Part shown: positions 47,410 to 56,407 of the stretch, piece after piece
How positions within the stretch are numbered: position 1 is the first letter of the stretch
Layout: each line of letters begins with the position of its first letter
Source of the DNA: an uncultured Christensenellaceae bacterium
GTDB taxonomy: Bacteria > Bacillota > Clostridia > Christensenellales > UBA3700
Reading direction: 5' to 3'
Assembly: GCA_944381365.1 (NCBI GenBank)
Contig: CALWKW010000008.1
Span: 2,914-66,913, forward strand
Length of the DNA stretch: 64,000 bases
The notes under the pieces: generated by a model
The model's input: the letters and a program-made list of their open reading frames with translations, nothing else
What the model was told of the DNA's origin: nothing
Databases searched by the model: none
Translations under genes and position numbers: made by a program

Positions 47410-49695
47410 TTAACTGAACAACAACAAGAATTTTGTTCCCGCAGAAAATTCATTGTTTGTACTTGTGCCGTCATAATAGGATATCGAAGGCTTTCTGTAT
47501 GTTATGCTCGAAGGTCTTCTTTGCATAAGCAAAATATAAGCATCGTTGAGTACGGTAGAAAATTGCATATTTTGAGTAATCATGACATTGAGAATTTTCC
47601 CCGATTCTTGAGAGCCGTTTTCGAAATAAATATATTCAAGAACATAGCTCAATTCTTCAGCATCGTCAATTAGCATATCGGCAAAATTGCCACCTACCTC
47701 GACCACTATATCGTCATAGACATTTACATCTTTATAATCATCTATCGTGTCATAGTATGTATAATTGTTGGACACATAGCCGTCCATCAATCTTTCCTCA
47801 TCTGTAAACAACATGTATTCATATACGAGATATTCTTCTATTCCGCCAAAAGTCTGATTGCCCCAAGTAGCATCGCTCAAATACCATTTTCCTGATATCT
47901 GAATTTTGTTCCAAGCATGTCCTACTTGTGCATTGGGGATTTGTCCCGTGACTCTCACGCTATCGATGCCTTCGATAGCACACATGACAGAAAAGGCTTT
48001 TGATATTCCGTCACACACCGCACTTCCCTCAAGCACGCCCTCGAGATGGAATGCCTTATATTCAAACAAATCGTGTAATCCGTCTCCGTTTTTTGCCACA
48101 TAGTTGTCATAATAGACATTGAGTATAAGCCATTCATAAATCGTCTTGACTTTTTCATGATCGCTCATGCCGTCATCGACCATATCACGCATGATTGCCT
48201 TGTATTCATTGTAGACGAGCTCTGCCTGTGAGCCTTGTTGAGGCAAAGGTCTGTATCCGTGCGACAAGATATAGAAAAGCTGATTGGAAGTGGTGCAAGG
48301 ATAAGTATCTTCTACATAATTTATCGCAAAGTCGTCATAGTCCTCGCTTCTTGTACCTGCGGGTTCATAAAGCACGCTGCCATACTGCTTATACCATTCT
48401 GATTGAGGGGTACCCGACAAAGTAGCCTCTTTATACACCAAATCTTCTGTCTGATATATAGTAGTGGTATTTGTCGTAGATGAAAAACTTAATGAGCCTA
48501 TTCTTGGATAAGTACACTCTTGTGCGGCTTTAGTAATTTCGCTGTTTATTTTTGTAGCACCGCTTATGTATGTCACATTTACAGGCATACTGTCTTCTTC
48601 CAAAACATTATAGAAACATACATATTCCACATACTCTACCAATTCTTCATAACTGTCAATGCTTCCGTCAGGCAAACTGTCCAAAAATCCTGCATCGAGC
48701 ACATCTTCCCACTGAGCATATATTGTAATATCATTGTCAGGCATTGTCCTGAACACATATTTTATTGTGCAAGCACTGTCCTGATACCACACAAGTTCTT
48801 TTGTCTTGTCGTCTGACAAAACTTCGGGCTTTTTGATAATGCTGCCGGGCATAGCATGTTCTGTATGAACATACTCTGCATCTTCGGGCATTACATAAGT
48901 GATTTGTCTGTAATCGCTGCTTATAAACTTAGCATAAATATCTATATTTCCCGTATTGCAAGGCGAGATGCGTTCGATTCTTTGAGTAAAGTTTTCATCT
49001 AGATACCAGCCTGCAAATTCTTCTCCGTCCTTTTCGGGCTCTAGCAAAGCAAAATCGCTTTCATAATTGTAAGTATCGGGATTTAAGGGATTGTTTTTCC
49101 CTCCATCGAGATGATAATTTATGGCATAATTGTTTGGTGCCACAAGTGCCCAGATTTCTCCGCCCGTAGAAGGGACGCTATCCAAGTCGCTGAAGTCTAT
49201 CAAAGTATTGGGCAAAGCATACCATTTGACAAAAGAATATCCCTTTGCTTGCACAATAGGAGGCACAAGCTGAGATTTGTCTGTGACTTGCTGTACGCTT
49301 TTTCCATTCATCTCATAGTGAGAAGGATAGTTGCACTTGAATATATATGTATAGACTTTCTCTGCTATTTCAAACTCGACAGTCTTTTGTCCGCTATAAT
49401 TACCTATACCGCTTATAGTAATTTTGCCTTTTCCTACCGCGATATTATCTGAATAAGAAAGTGTATAATCTTTGTTTTCTTCAAGAAGTTTGCTGTTATA
49501 TTTGATCGAAACTTTCGGTTTGATTTCCTCTCCCGTATATTGATAAGTATCCTGCTCTAAAGATATCTGACACAACTCAATGGATGTCGTGTCGTCTGAA
49601 CCGAAAATAGACATAAGTCTGTTGCAACCCGACAAAATACCCAACAGACTTATTATAAGTATCAAAAGAGCAAATACTTTAATACTTCTTTTCAT
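47410..49695 (-). CDS. Lipoprotein with Listeria-Bacteroides-type repeats and a transglutaminase-like cysteine protease core
   Basis: Lipobox LGILSGCN. Repeats GYSFVKWY, FAGWYLDENF and LVWYQDSACT. Core CDGISKAFSVMCAIEG..GHAWNKIQISGKWYLSDATW (Cys-His-Asp). Confidence 0.75.
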   Translation of the reverse strand: MKRSIKVFALLILIISLLGILSGCNRLMSIFGSDDTTSIELCQISLEQDTYQYTGEEIKPKVSIKYNSKLLEENKDYTLSYSDNIAVGKGKITISGIGNYSGQKTVEFEIAEKVYTYIFKCNYPSHYEMNGKSVQQVTDKSQLVPPIVQAKGYSFVKWYALPNTLIDFSDLDSVPSTGGEIWALVAPNNYAINYHLDGGKNNPLNPDTYNYESDFALLEPEKDGEEFAGWYLDENFTQRIERISPCNTGNIDIYAKFISSDYRQITYVMPEDAEYVHTEHAMPGSIIKKPEVLSDDKTKELVWYQDSACTIKYVFRTMPDNDITIYAQWEDVLDAGFLDSLPDGSIDSYEELVEYVEYVCFYNVLEEDSMPVNVTYISGATKINSEITKAAQECTYPRIGSLSFSSTTNTTTIYQTEDLVYKEATLSGTPQSEWYKQYGSVLYEPAGTRSEDYDDFAINYVEDTYPCTTSNQLFYILSHGYRPLPQQGSQAELVYNEYKAIMRDMVDDGMSDHEKVKTIYEWLILNVYYDNYVAKNGDGLHDLFEYKAFHLEGVLEGSAVCDGISKAFSVMCAIEGIDSVRVTGQIPNAQVGHAWNKIQISGKWYLSDATWGNQTFGGIEEYLVYEYMLFTDEERLMDGYVSNNYTYYDTIDDYKDVNVYDDIVVEVGGNFADMLIDDAEELSYVLEYIYFENGSQESGKILNVMITQNMQFSTVLNDAYILLMQRRPSSITYRKPSISYYDGTSTNNEFSAGTKFLLLFS

Positions 49696-49707
49696 CGATC
49701 ACACCTC

Positions 49708-50394
49708 TTAATCCTGTTTTTTCAAAGGGAAAGCAATGAGCTTGTAGATAGGCATCAACATATCCGAATATTTCTTTTCGTGTTCGGTCATAATATTTTC
49801 CTGAAGATTGGTAGAGCCCAACAAATCCAGATTTACTTCTTTGAGTCCGAATCCGCTTTGAGAAAACTCACACAAGGAAAATTCAAACATTCCCTTATTG
49901 TCAGTTTTTTCCTCAATTTCTCCGTTGTCTTTCAACAAAGTTTTGTACATATTCAAAAATTTTCTGTTTGTCAATCTTTGTTTTTCATAGCCTTTCTGAG
50001 GCAAGGGCGTAGGAAAATTGATGTATATTCTGGATATACTCTTTTCGGGGATATAGCTGGGCAGACATTCTGCTCTCAAAATCATAAATTTCAAATTCTT
50101 AAGGTTGTTGTCCCTAGCTTTTTCTATACCGTCAATAATGACATTTGACAGCATTTCGATAGCTATAAAATTGACATCGGGGCGTCTTTTGGCAAGTTCT
50201 GTAATAAATCTTCCCTTGCCGCAACCTATCTCTAGTTCGACAGGATTGTTATTGCCAAACACCTTTTTATAATCTATATAATCTTTTTGCTCGACAGAAG
50301 TCTTCATATTTCTGTCAGCAATTGTACGCTCCAAAATATAATCTTTTACATCCGCCAACCTGTCATCGAGGTTGTGCTTTCTTCTCATTCTCAT
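49708..50394 (-). CDS. trmB: tRNA (guanine46-N7)-methyltransferase TrmB
   Basis: EIGCGKGRFITELAKRRPDVNFIAIE SAM motif. I place the start at MRMRRKHN (50394), 7 nt after GGAG; the track start at 50409 is also possible. Confidence 0.85.
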   Translation of the reverse strand: MRMRRKHNLDDRLADVKDYILERTIADRNMKTSVEQKDYIDYKKVFGNNNPVELEIGCGKGRFITELAKRRPDVNFIAIEMLSNVIIDGIEKARDNNLKNLKFMILRAECLPSYIPEKSISRIYINFPTPLPQKGYEKQRLTNRKFLNMYKTLLKDNGEIEEKTDNKGMFEFSLCEFSQSGFGLKEVNLDLLGSTNLQENIMTEHEKKYSDMLMPIYKLIAFPLKKQD

Positions 50395-50549
50395 AAAAAA
50401 ACTCCGCATATTTATTTGTTTTATTATATCATTTAATTTATATTTTGTCTATATGCTCTTTAGAATAATGCCGAGGCTTTTGGATATTAAAAATGTTTTC
50501 CAATGCTTTTTATAAAATAATAATACTTTGTCAAATTTAAAAAAGATTT

Positions 50550-50579
50550 AAAAAAAAGCAGAGTTCGTAAGAATTCTGC
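50550..50579 (-). terminator. Rho-independent terminator
   Basis: Minus strand reads gcagaattc-ttac-gaactctgc (one G:U pair) followed by tttttttt. Confidence 0.75.
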
Positions 50580-50588
50580 TTTTGTATT

Positions 50589-51398
50589 TTATAATTTCTT
50601 TTCTATATTCTCAAGCCAATCGCCCTCAAAATATTCTATTGCACCATTGTCGCATGCTCTTGCCAAAATAGGATTAATAGGCAATTTAGCCACATTTTCG
50701 ATACCGTATTCTTTTGCTATTTCTTCGACATGACTTTCGCCGAAAATATTGAGTTTTTCATGACACTTGTCACACTCGTAATATGACATATTTTCTACTA
50801 TACCGACAATAGGAACATTGAGCATTTTTGCCATCTTTACGCCCTTTGATACTATCATGCTTACAAGTTCTTGAGGGGAAGTGACGATTATAATTCCGTC
50901 AACAGGCAAACTTTGCAATACCGTGAGCGGTATATCTCCCGTGCCTGGAGGCATATCTATAAACATTGTATCCACATCGCCCCAGAATACATCTGTCCAA
51001 AACTGAGTCACTGCACCTGTGGCAAGACTGCTTCTCCATACCACGGGATCGTTTTCGTCTTTCAAAAACATATTCATAGATACGATTTTTATCCCCGTGA
51101 CGCTTGTAGCAGGCAAAATTCCCTTTTCGCTTCCAAGTGCCTTTTCTTTTATGCCGAAAGCTTTGGCAATCGAAGCCCCCGTAATATCCGCATCCAATAC
51201 GGCAGTCGACTTGCCCGCTCTTCTGCTGAGGACGGCAAGCTGAGAAGTGACCATAGATTTTCCCACACCGCCTTTTCCGCTCATTACGGCATAAAGCTTT
51301 TTGACATGAGAAAACTTATTAAGTTGAGGTTTTTGTGCTTCTTTTCTTTCCTTGCAGTTTTCACCGCATGTCGAACAATCATGAGTACATTCGCTCAT
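50589..51398 (-). CDS. Mrp/NBP35/ApbC family Fe-S cluster carrier ATPase
   Basis: MSGKGGVGKS deviant Walker A, an N-terminal Cys cluster CTHDCSTCGENC and a CxxC (CDKC). Confidence 0.85.
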   Translation of the reverse strand: MSECTHDCSTCGENCKERKEAQKPQLNKFSHVKKLYAVMSGKGGVGKSMVTSQLAVLSRRAGKSTAVLDADITGASIAKAFGIKEKALGSEKGILPATSVTGIKIVSMNMFLKDENDPVVWRSSLATGAVTQFWTDVFWGDVDTMFIDMPPGTGDIPLTVLQSLPVDGIIIVTSPQELVSMIVSKGVKMAKMLNVPIVGIVENMSYYECDKCHEKLNIFGESHVEEIAKEYGIENVAKLPINPILARACDNGAIEYFEGDWLENIEKKL

Positions 51399-51479
51399 AG
51401 TATTCTCCTTAAATTATACCTAAAGGACAAGACTCTTTTGTCCTGTCCTTGAAATAAGTATTTTTGCTTTTAATAAGAA

Positions 51480-52355
51480 TTAAAGGGACTTAACGATTTC
51501 CTTGCAAACAGCCTTGCCCTCTTCAGAGAGTTCTGTAAAAGGCTTTCTGCAACCGTTCATTTCTATACCCATCTCTTCGAGTATTCCCTTTTCCATAGCA
51601 AATACACCGTACTTGATGAGTTTTGTGATGATTTCGTTTGCCTCAAACTGAATTTTTTGAGCTTCTTTGATGTTGCCTTCATTAAACAAAGCATACATCT
51701 TTACATACTTTTCAGGCATAAAGTTGTATGTCGAACCAATACCGCCGTCAGCACCCATGCTAAGACCTGCTACGAGCATCTCATCAAATCCGTTGTAAAC
51801 CAAAGGATTGCAAGACATTGTCTTGAACTGCTGGAGAGCAAAGAGGTCAGCGGTAGTATGCTTGATACCGATAAACTTTTTGTTTTGGAACATATCCTCA
51901 GCTCTTTCCTTGTTGAATACAAATCCGTTTGCATTGGGGAAGTTATACATAATCATAGGAATGTTTACGCTGTTGGCAATATCGTTGTAATAACCCTTTA
52001 TTGCCTCATAGCTGAATCCGTAATAATAAGGTGCTACCGCAGAAATTGCGTCATAACCCATTTCTTCTGCATACTTTGCCATTTCGATAGCATGCTTTGT
52101 ATTGATAGTGCCGACATGAGCAATCATAGTTCCTCTTCCGGCATTGCTTTCGCTTGCGTACTTGAAGAGTTCTTTTCTCTCCTCAACGGTCAAAAGCATA
52201 CCTTCGCCTGTCGAACCGCCTACATAGAAACCATTGATGCCTTTTGCAAGGTTCATATCGATAATTTTCTTTACCGATGCTCCGTTGATTTTGTCATCTT
52301 TTGTGTAAGGGGTCAATAAAGCCGAAAACACACCTTTGAATTTTTTTGTATCCAT
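51480..52355 (-). CDS. nanA: N-acetylneuraminate lyase
   Basis: KGVFSALLTPYTKDDKIN..GFYVGGSTGEGMLL places it in the DHDPS/NanA family. Genomic context is nanE, nanK and a sialidase. Confidence 0.85.
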   Translation of the reverse strand: MDTKKFKGVFSALLTPYTKDDKINGASVKKIIDMNLAKGINGFYVGGSTGEGMLLTVEERKELFKYASESNAGRGTMIAHVGTINTKHAIEMAKYAEEMGYDAISAVAPYYYGFSYEAIKGYYNDIANSVNIPMIMYNFPNANGFVFNKERAEDMFQNKKFIGIKHTTADLFALQQFKTMSCNPLVYNGFDEMLVAGLSMGADGGIGSTYNFMPEKYVKMYALFNEGNIKEAQKIQFEANEIITKLIKYGVFAMEKGILEEMGIEMNGCRKPFTELSEEGKAVCKEIVKSL

Positions 52356-52386
52356 TTTTTATACCTCACTTGGTTTTGATTTTTTG

Positions 52387-53271
52387 TTATTGATTTTTAA
52401 AAGAGCCGTTGAGCACAGCATACACGCTTCCCAAAACTCCCGCTTTGTTTCCAAGACTCGCACAAGCCACAGGCGTATTCGCCTTTTGCTTATATTCCTT
52501 TATAAAGTTTTGCCACCAATATTCTGCAAGTTCTATCACTCCGCCTCCCACGATTATCAAATCGGGATTGTAAAGCTCGATAGATTTGAGCATGACGGTA
52601 GTCAAATCTTTATAAAAATTTGCCACTAAGTTTTTATGTATGATGTCATTTGACTTAAAAAGTTTGTACAAATTGTCATCGCCGTACTTTTTGAGAGCGG
52701 TAGCCGAAACATAAGTTTCCGCACAGCCTTTTTTTCCGCAAAGACATTCTCTGCCGTCCTCATAAAGACAGATATGTCCCAATCTCGTATCTACGACTGA
52801 CTGACAATCGAGCTTTTTGTCTTTGAGCAAGGAAGCACCTAGTCCCGTACCGAGCGTAAACATCATTACGCTGTCATACTTCTTTCCTGCTCCTATAAAG
52901 CCTTCGCCCACGAGTGCACCTACGGCATCGTTTATAGCGACTACTCTTCTTTTAAAGTGCTCTGACAATACTTTTGAAAGCTCGAGTCCCGTAAATCCCG
53001 GGAGAGCTTCTGTCGCAAATGTGACTTTTCCGCTGTCCCAATCGATTGTGCCGGCACTTGCCACGCTTATTGCCTCGCATTCGTCAAGGCACTCAAACTG
53101 CTCAATGGATTTTATAATATTGCCGACAATGGCATCTCTGCCTTTTCGTGCCTCAGTAGGCAATGAGAAAAACTTAAGTATCTGATATGTATCGGGATTT
53201 TTTGCATCGCCGACTTCTATCAAAGCACTCTTTATGCTCGTACCGCCTACATCTACACCAATTGTCAACAT
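52387..53271 (-). CDS. nanK: ROK family sugar kinase, probable N-acetylmannosamine kinase
   Basis: MLTIGVDVGGTSIK and the ROK zinc motif CLCGKKGCAETY. Overlaps the nanE stop by 7 nt. Confidence 0.75.
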   Translation of the reverse strand: MLTIGVDVGGTSIKSALIEVGDAKNPDTYQILKFFSLPTEARKGRDAIVGNIIKSIEQFECLDECEAISVASAGTIDWDSGKVTFATEALPGFTGLELSKVLSEHFKRRVVAINDAVGALVGEGFIGAGKKYDSVMMFTLGTGLGASLLKDKKLDCQSVVDTRLGHICLYEDGRECLCGKKGCAETYVSATALKKYGDDNLYKLFKSNDIIHKNLVANFYKDLTTVMLKSIELYNPDLIIVGGGVIELAEYWWQNFIKEYKQKANTPVACASLGNKAGVLGSVYAVLNGSFKNQ

Positions 53272-53942
53272 AATTTCAATGCTCCTACAAATCTCTTTGT
53301 AATATCCATAGGTCTTGTGATAGAACTACCTATAACTACTGCATACACACCGCACTGACATACCTTTTCAAGTTGTCCTCTCTCCCAGATTCCGCCTTCT
53401 GCGATAATCTTTGTATCGGGAAAACTCTTGACGAGTTTTGTCAAAAAGTCTGTATCGGGCAATGATATTCCCTTTGTATAAGGAGTATATCCTCTCATTG
53501 TCGAGCCGATATAGTCAAATCCCAAATCGTGTGCCATCTGTGCTTCTTCGAAGTCCGAACAGTCTGCCATAATCTCTACATTCTTTGCGTTTTCTCTTAT
53601 GTATTTTACAAGATCAGCAAGTTTTTCGCCGTTTGGTCTTTCTCTTTTTGTACAATCCAAAGCTATTACTTCGCAGCCTGTGGTAAGAAGCTCTTTTACT
53701 TCCTTGAGAGTAGGAGTAATATATACATCGCTTCCCTCATATACAGCTTTGATGATACCAATCACAGGCACATCGACTTCGCTTTTGATATCGTTTATGT
53801 CATTGACATAGTTGGCTCTGATGCCCACAGCACCGCCTTGCACTGCTGCTCTTGCCATATATTTCATGATGCCGAGACCATAAAGAGGTTCGCCCTTTAC
53901 AGCCTGACACGATACGATAAGTCCTCTTTTCAAGTTTGCCAT
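53265..53942 (-). CDS. nanE: N-acetylmannosamine-6-phosphate 2-epimerase
   Basis: LKRGLIVSCQAVKGEPLYG.. is a typical NanE N-terminus; 225 aa. Confidence 0.85.
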   Translation of the reverse strand: MANLKRGLIVSCQAVKGEPLYGLGIMKYMARAAVQGGAVGIRANYVNDINDIKSEVDVPVIGIIKAVYEGSDVYITPTLKEVKELLTTGCEVIALDCTKRERPNGEKLADLVKYIRENAKNVEIMADCSDFEEAQMAHDLGFDYIGSTMRGYTPYTKGISLPDTDFLTKLVKSFPDTKIIAEGGIWERGQLEKVCQCGVYAVVIGSSITRPMDITKRFVGALKLC

Positions 53943-54060
53943 ACAAACCGCTCCTTTTTGTTGAGGTATTTTTTCTTGACTATGTCAAGCATTTTCTCAA
54001 CCTGTCAAATTATAGTACTTTTACAAAATATAAGCAAGCAAAAGAATGTATGATTTGTCA

Positions 54061-55371
54061 TTACTTTTGTTTGATATAATCAAGCGAAACTTTTACAAAT
54101 TGAATTTCTTCGTGTTTTGTATTCTCTTCATACAAAACTCCTATTTCGCCGTTTCCGAGCCATACCATACAGCTATATACGAATTCGCCTTCTTTGATAA
54201 GTTTTGAATATTCGAATGTCTTGCCGTAATCGTATGAAAGTCTTATTACGCCGTTTTTTCTAGCACTCTTATCTGCTGCGTTGAGGAATATGGTCACAGG
54301 TCTTCCGTTGTCCTCGCCGTTTATTACACAACACTGACAAATACATTGAGGAAGCTGAGGATGATGCTTATAGTCATGCCAGCTTTCGCCTCCGTCTTCG
54401 CTTATTGCGGTAGCAATGAGTTTTTTAGGAGAGTGATTTCTCATAAAGAGTTTGAGCGTTCCGTTTTCGCATTCGATAAGCTGGCTTTCAGTAATCATAT
54501 CGGTAGGCATAAGGAATTTGTGATTTATAGGGAAAATGCCGATCTTTCTTGTCTGATTGGGAGAGAGTCCTCTGTGCCATGTCTTGCCGTGGTCATCGCT
54601 GTAAATCACGGTATTTGACAACATAAGCATTGCAAAAACTTGTTTTGTATTGTAATAAATAGGGAAAATCAATCTACCTTTGTACTTGCCTTCTTTCACC
54701 ACAATACCAACACCCGGACCGGCTCCGATAAAAGACATATATTCTTCTTTTACCTGATAATTGAGGTTGACAGGCTTTGTCCAAGTCAATCCGTCATCGC
54801 TGCTCGAGGTAATATATAGATAAGAAGTAGAAAGTTCTCTCAACTTGCCGTTTGACAACTTATAATTGCCGGCAGGTTCGCCCTTATAGAATATGTCGCC
54901 GTTTTCCTCTATCTTATAATCCTTGTCTTCGATGCCGTCATCGTATACTTTGCCGTTTTTGAGGACATATTGTTTTTTGCCTTCATAAAGATAGAGATTT
55001 CCGTGCTTGTCCTGACCTGTACCCTTCTTGCTGTTGAGAATACCGATACCTGAAGGAGTATGCGAATAAATCATAAAAATAGTGTCAGTGCTTTCGTCAT
55101 AAAGCATACAAGGGTCAATTGCAGCGGAAGCGTCATTCTTGGATGCTCCTACTTCTTCGCAAACAACAATCTGTTCGCCCCAAGTCTCGCCGTTGTCGGT
55201 AGAGCGTCTTACCACTTTGTCAATTCTGTTGGGGTTGTCCCTTGCGGTATAAAATCTTTCATCGGCAGCAGCGACCAAAGTGCCTGCCTTTGTTTTTATA
55301 ACTGAAGGAATTCTGTAATTGTCTGCTCTTCCGAATTCCTTGCTGAATATTGTCTGTACTTTCAAAGCCAT
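54061..55371 (-). CDS. GH33 exo-alpha-sialidase without signal peptide
   Basis: YRIP motif near the N-terminus, plus five Asp-box/BNR repeats: STDNGETW, SSDDGLTW, SDDHGKTW, SEDGGESW, SYDYGKTF. I place the start at MALKVQ (55371), 8 nt after AGGAGG. No hydrophobic leader exists with either start. Confidence 0.85.
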   Translation of the reverse strand: MALKVQTIFSKEFGRADNYRIPSVIKTKAGTLVAAADERFYTARDNPNRIDKVVRRSTDNGETWGEQIVVCEEVGASKNDASAAIDPCMLYDESTDTIFMIYSHTPSGIGILNSKKGTGQDKHGNLYLYEGKKQYVLKNGKVYDDGIEDKDYKIEENGDIFYKGEPAGNYKLSNGKLRELSTSYLYITSSSDDGLTWTKPVNLNYQVKEEYMSFIGAGPGVGIVVKEGKYKGRLIFPIYYNTKQVFAMLMLSNTVIYSDDHGKTWHRGLSPNQTRKIGIFPINHKFLMPTDMITESQLIECENGTLKLFMRNHSPKKLIATAISEDGGESWHDYKHHPQLPQCICQCCVINGEDNGRPVTIFLNAADKSARKNGVIRLSYDYGKTFEYSKLIKEGEFVYSCMVWLGNGEIGVLYEENTKHEEIQFVKVSLDYIKQK

Positions 55372-55457
55372 CTTAGCTTCCTCCTGAATTGATTTTTGTT
55401 TTAGATACAATACGCAAAAACTATATTCATGTATTGTATATTTATTTATCGATATTT

Positions 55458-56336
55458 TTATTTTACTACTTTCATTGTGAATGTGTATTCAAAACTTTTG
55501 CCCTTTTCGAGCTTGTTTATCATAGCCTTATCCTTGATTTCTCTTACAGGCTCGAGCATATCGGGCACACCCCACCAAGGCTCTACGCACCAATACTCTC
55601 CGAGATTTTCATCGCTCCAGAAAGAAAGTACGGGAGGATTGTTGAGCTCAAAAGCTATCTTTATTCCGTCAGTGCGTACTACTTCCAAAGAATCGAATTT
55701 CTCATCGAAGAAAATCAAGGTCTTGTATTCTTGCATTGTCTTCTTATCGCAATAAATCCTGTCAAAAGGCTGGAATTTTTCTTTGTGCAAAATGAAGTGT
55801 CCTGTCTCGTTGAGTCTGTAAAGCGAAGGCGAAAGCTTGCGAGGGAATTGAATATAATTTTTTGATGTATCGCAAATGCTGCCTTCTTCTTTGTCCAAAG
55901 CGATTGCAGGATGTCCGCCAAGCATAAAATATATATCCTTGTCATCGAGATTGACTACTTTCATGCTCTTGTAGTATTTGTCGTCTTTTATCTCGTGCAC
56001 AACATACAAATCGAATTTATAGGGATATAAAGCAAAACTCTTTTCGTCCCAAAGATATCTATGTACTACTTTGCTGTCTGTCTTTTCTACGATTTCAAAA
56101 TCATAATCACAGCAAATTCCGTGCAAAGGCATGTGATATTCTTTGCCGTCAACGCAGTATTTTTCGTCTTTTTGTCTTGCTACAAAAGGGAAAATCGTAA
56201 CATCTTGTCCTGTCCAGCTTTTTTCATCGCCCTGCCACAAAAGCTCCTTGTTTAGGGACTTATCGAAAAAACTCTTTAGTGTGCTGCCTTTGTCATCTAT
56301 TTCGATTGCCAAAGTCTTTCCGAAAATTTTGCTCAT
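55458..56336 (-). CDS. Aldose 1-epimerase family protein (LacX-like mutarotase)
   Basis: LWQGDEKSWTGQDVTIFPFVA, PLHG, LGGHPAI and CVEPWWG parallel LacX blocks (LWQADPEYWNGQAPILFPICG, HGF, IGAHPAF, ALEPWSG) as I remember them. Confidence 0.7.
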   Translation of the reverse strand: MSKIFGKTLAIEIDDKGSTLKSFFDKSLNKELLWQGDEKSWTGQDVTIFPFVARQKDEKYCVDGKEYHMPLHGICCDYDFEIVEKTDSKVVHRYLWDEKSFALYPYKFDLYVVHEIKDDKYYKSMKVVNLDDKDIYFMLGGHPAIALDKEEGSICDTSKNYIQFPRKLSPSLYRLNETGHFILHKEKFQPFDRIYCDKKTMQEYKTLIFFDEKFDSLEVVRTDGIKIAFELNNPPVLSFWSDENLGEYWCVEPWWGVPDMLEPVREIKDKAMINKLEKGKSFEYTFTMKVVK

Positions 56337-56407
56337 ATTACTCCTTTTTTGTCAGAATTTCCGACAATTTATATTTGATTTAATTTGATTGATTTCAGTG
56401 TTTATAT

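Noticed and set aside
51399-51479. Hairpin aggacaa-N7-ttgtcct between nanA and the mrp-like gene.
   Set aside because: The 7-bp stem has only a 2-nt U-run on the coding strand. That is too weak to call a terminator with confidence, and it may simply be spacer structure.
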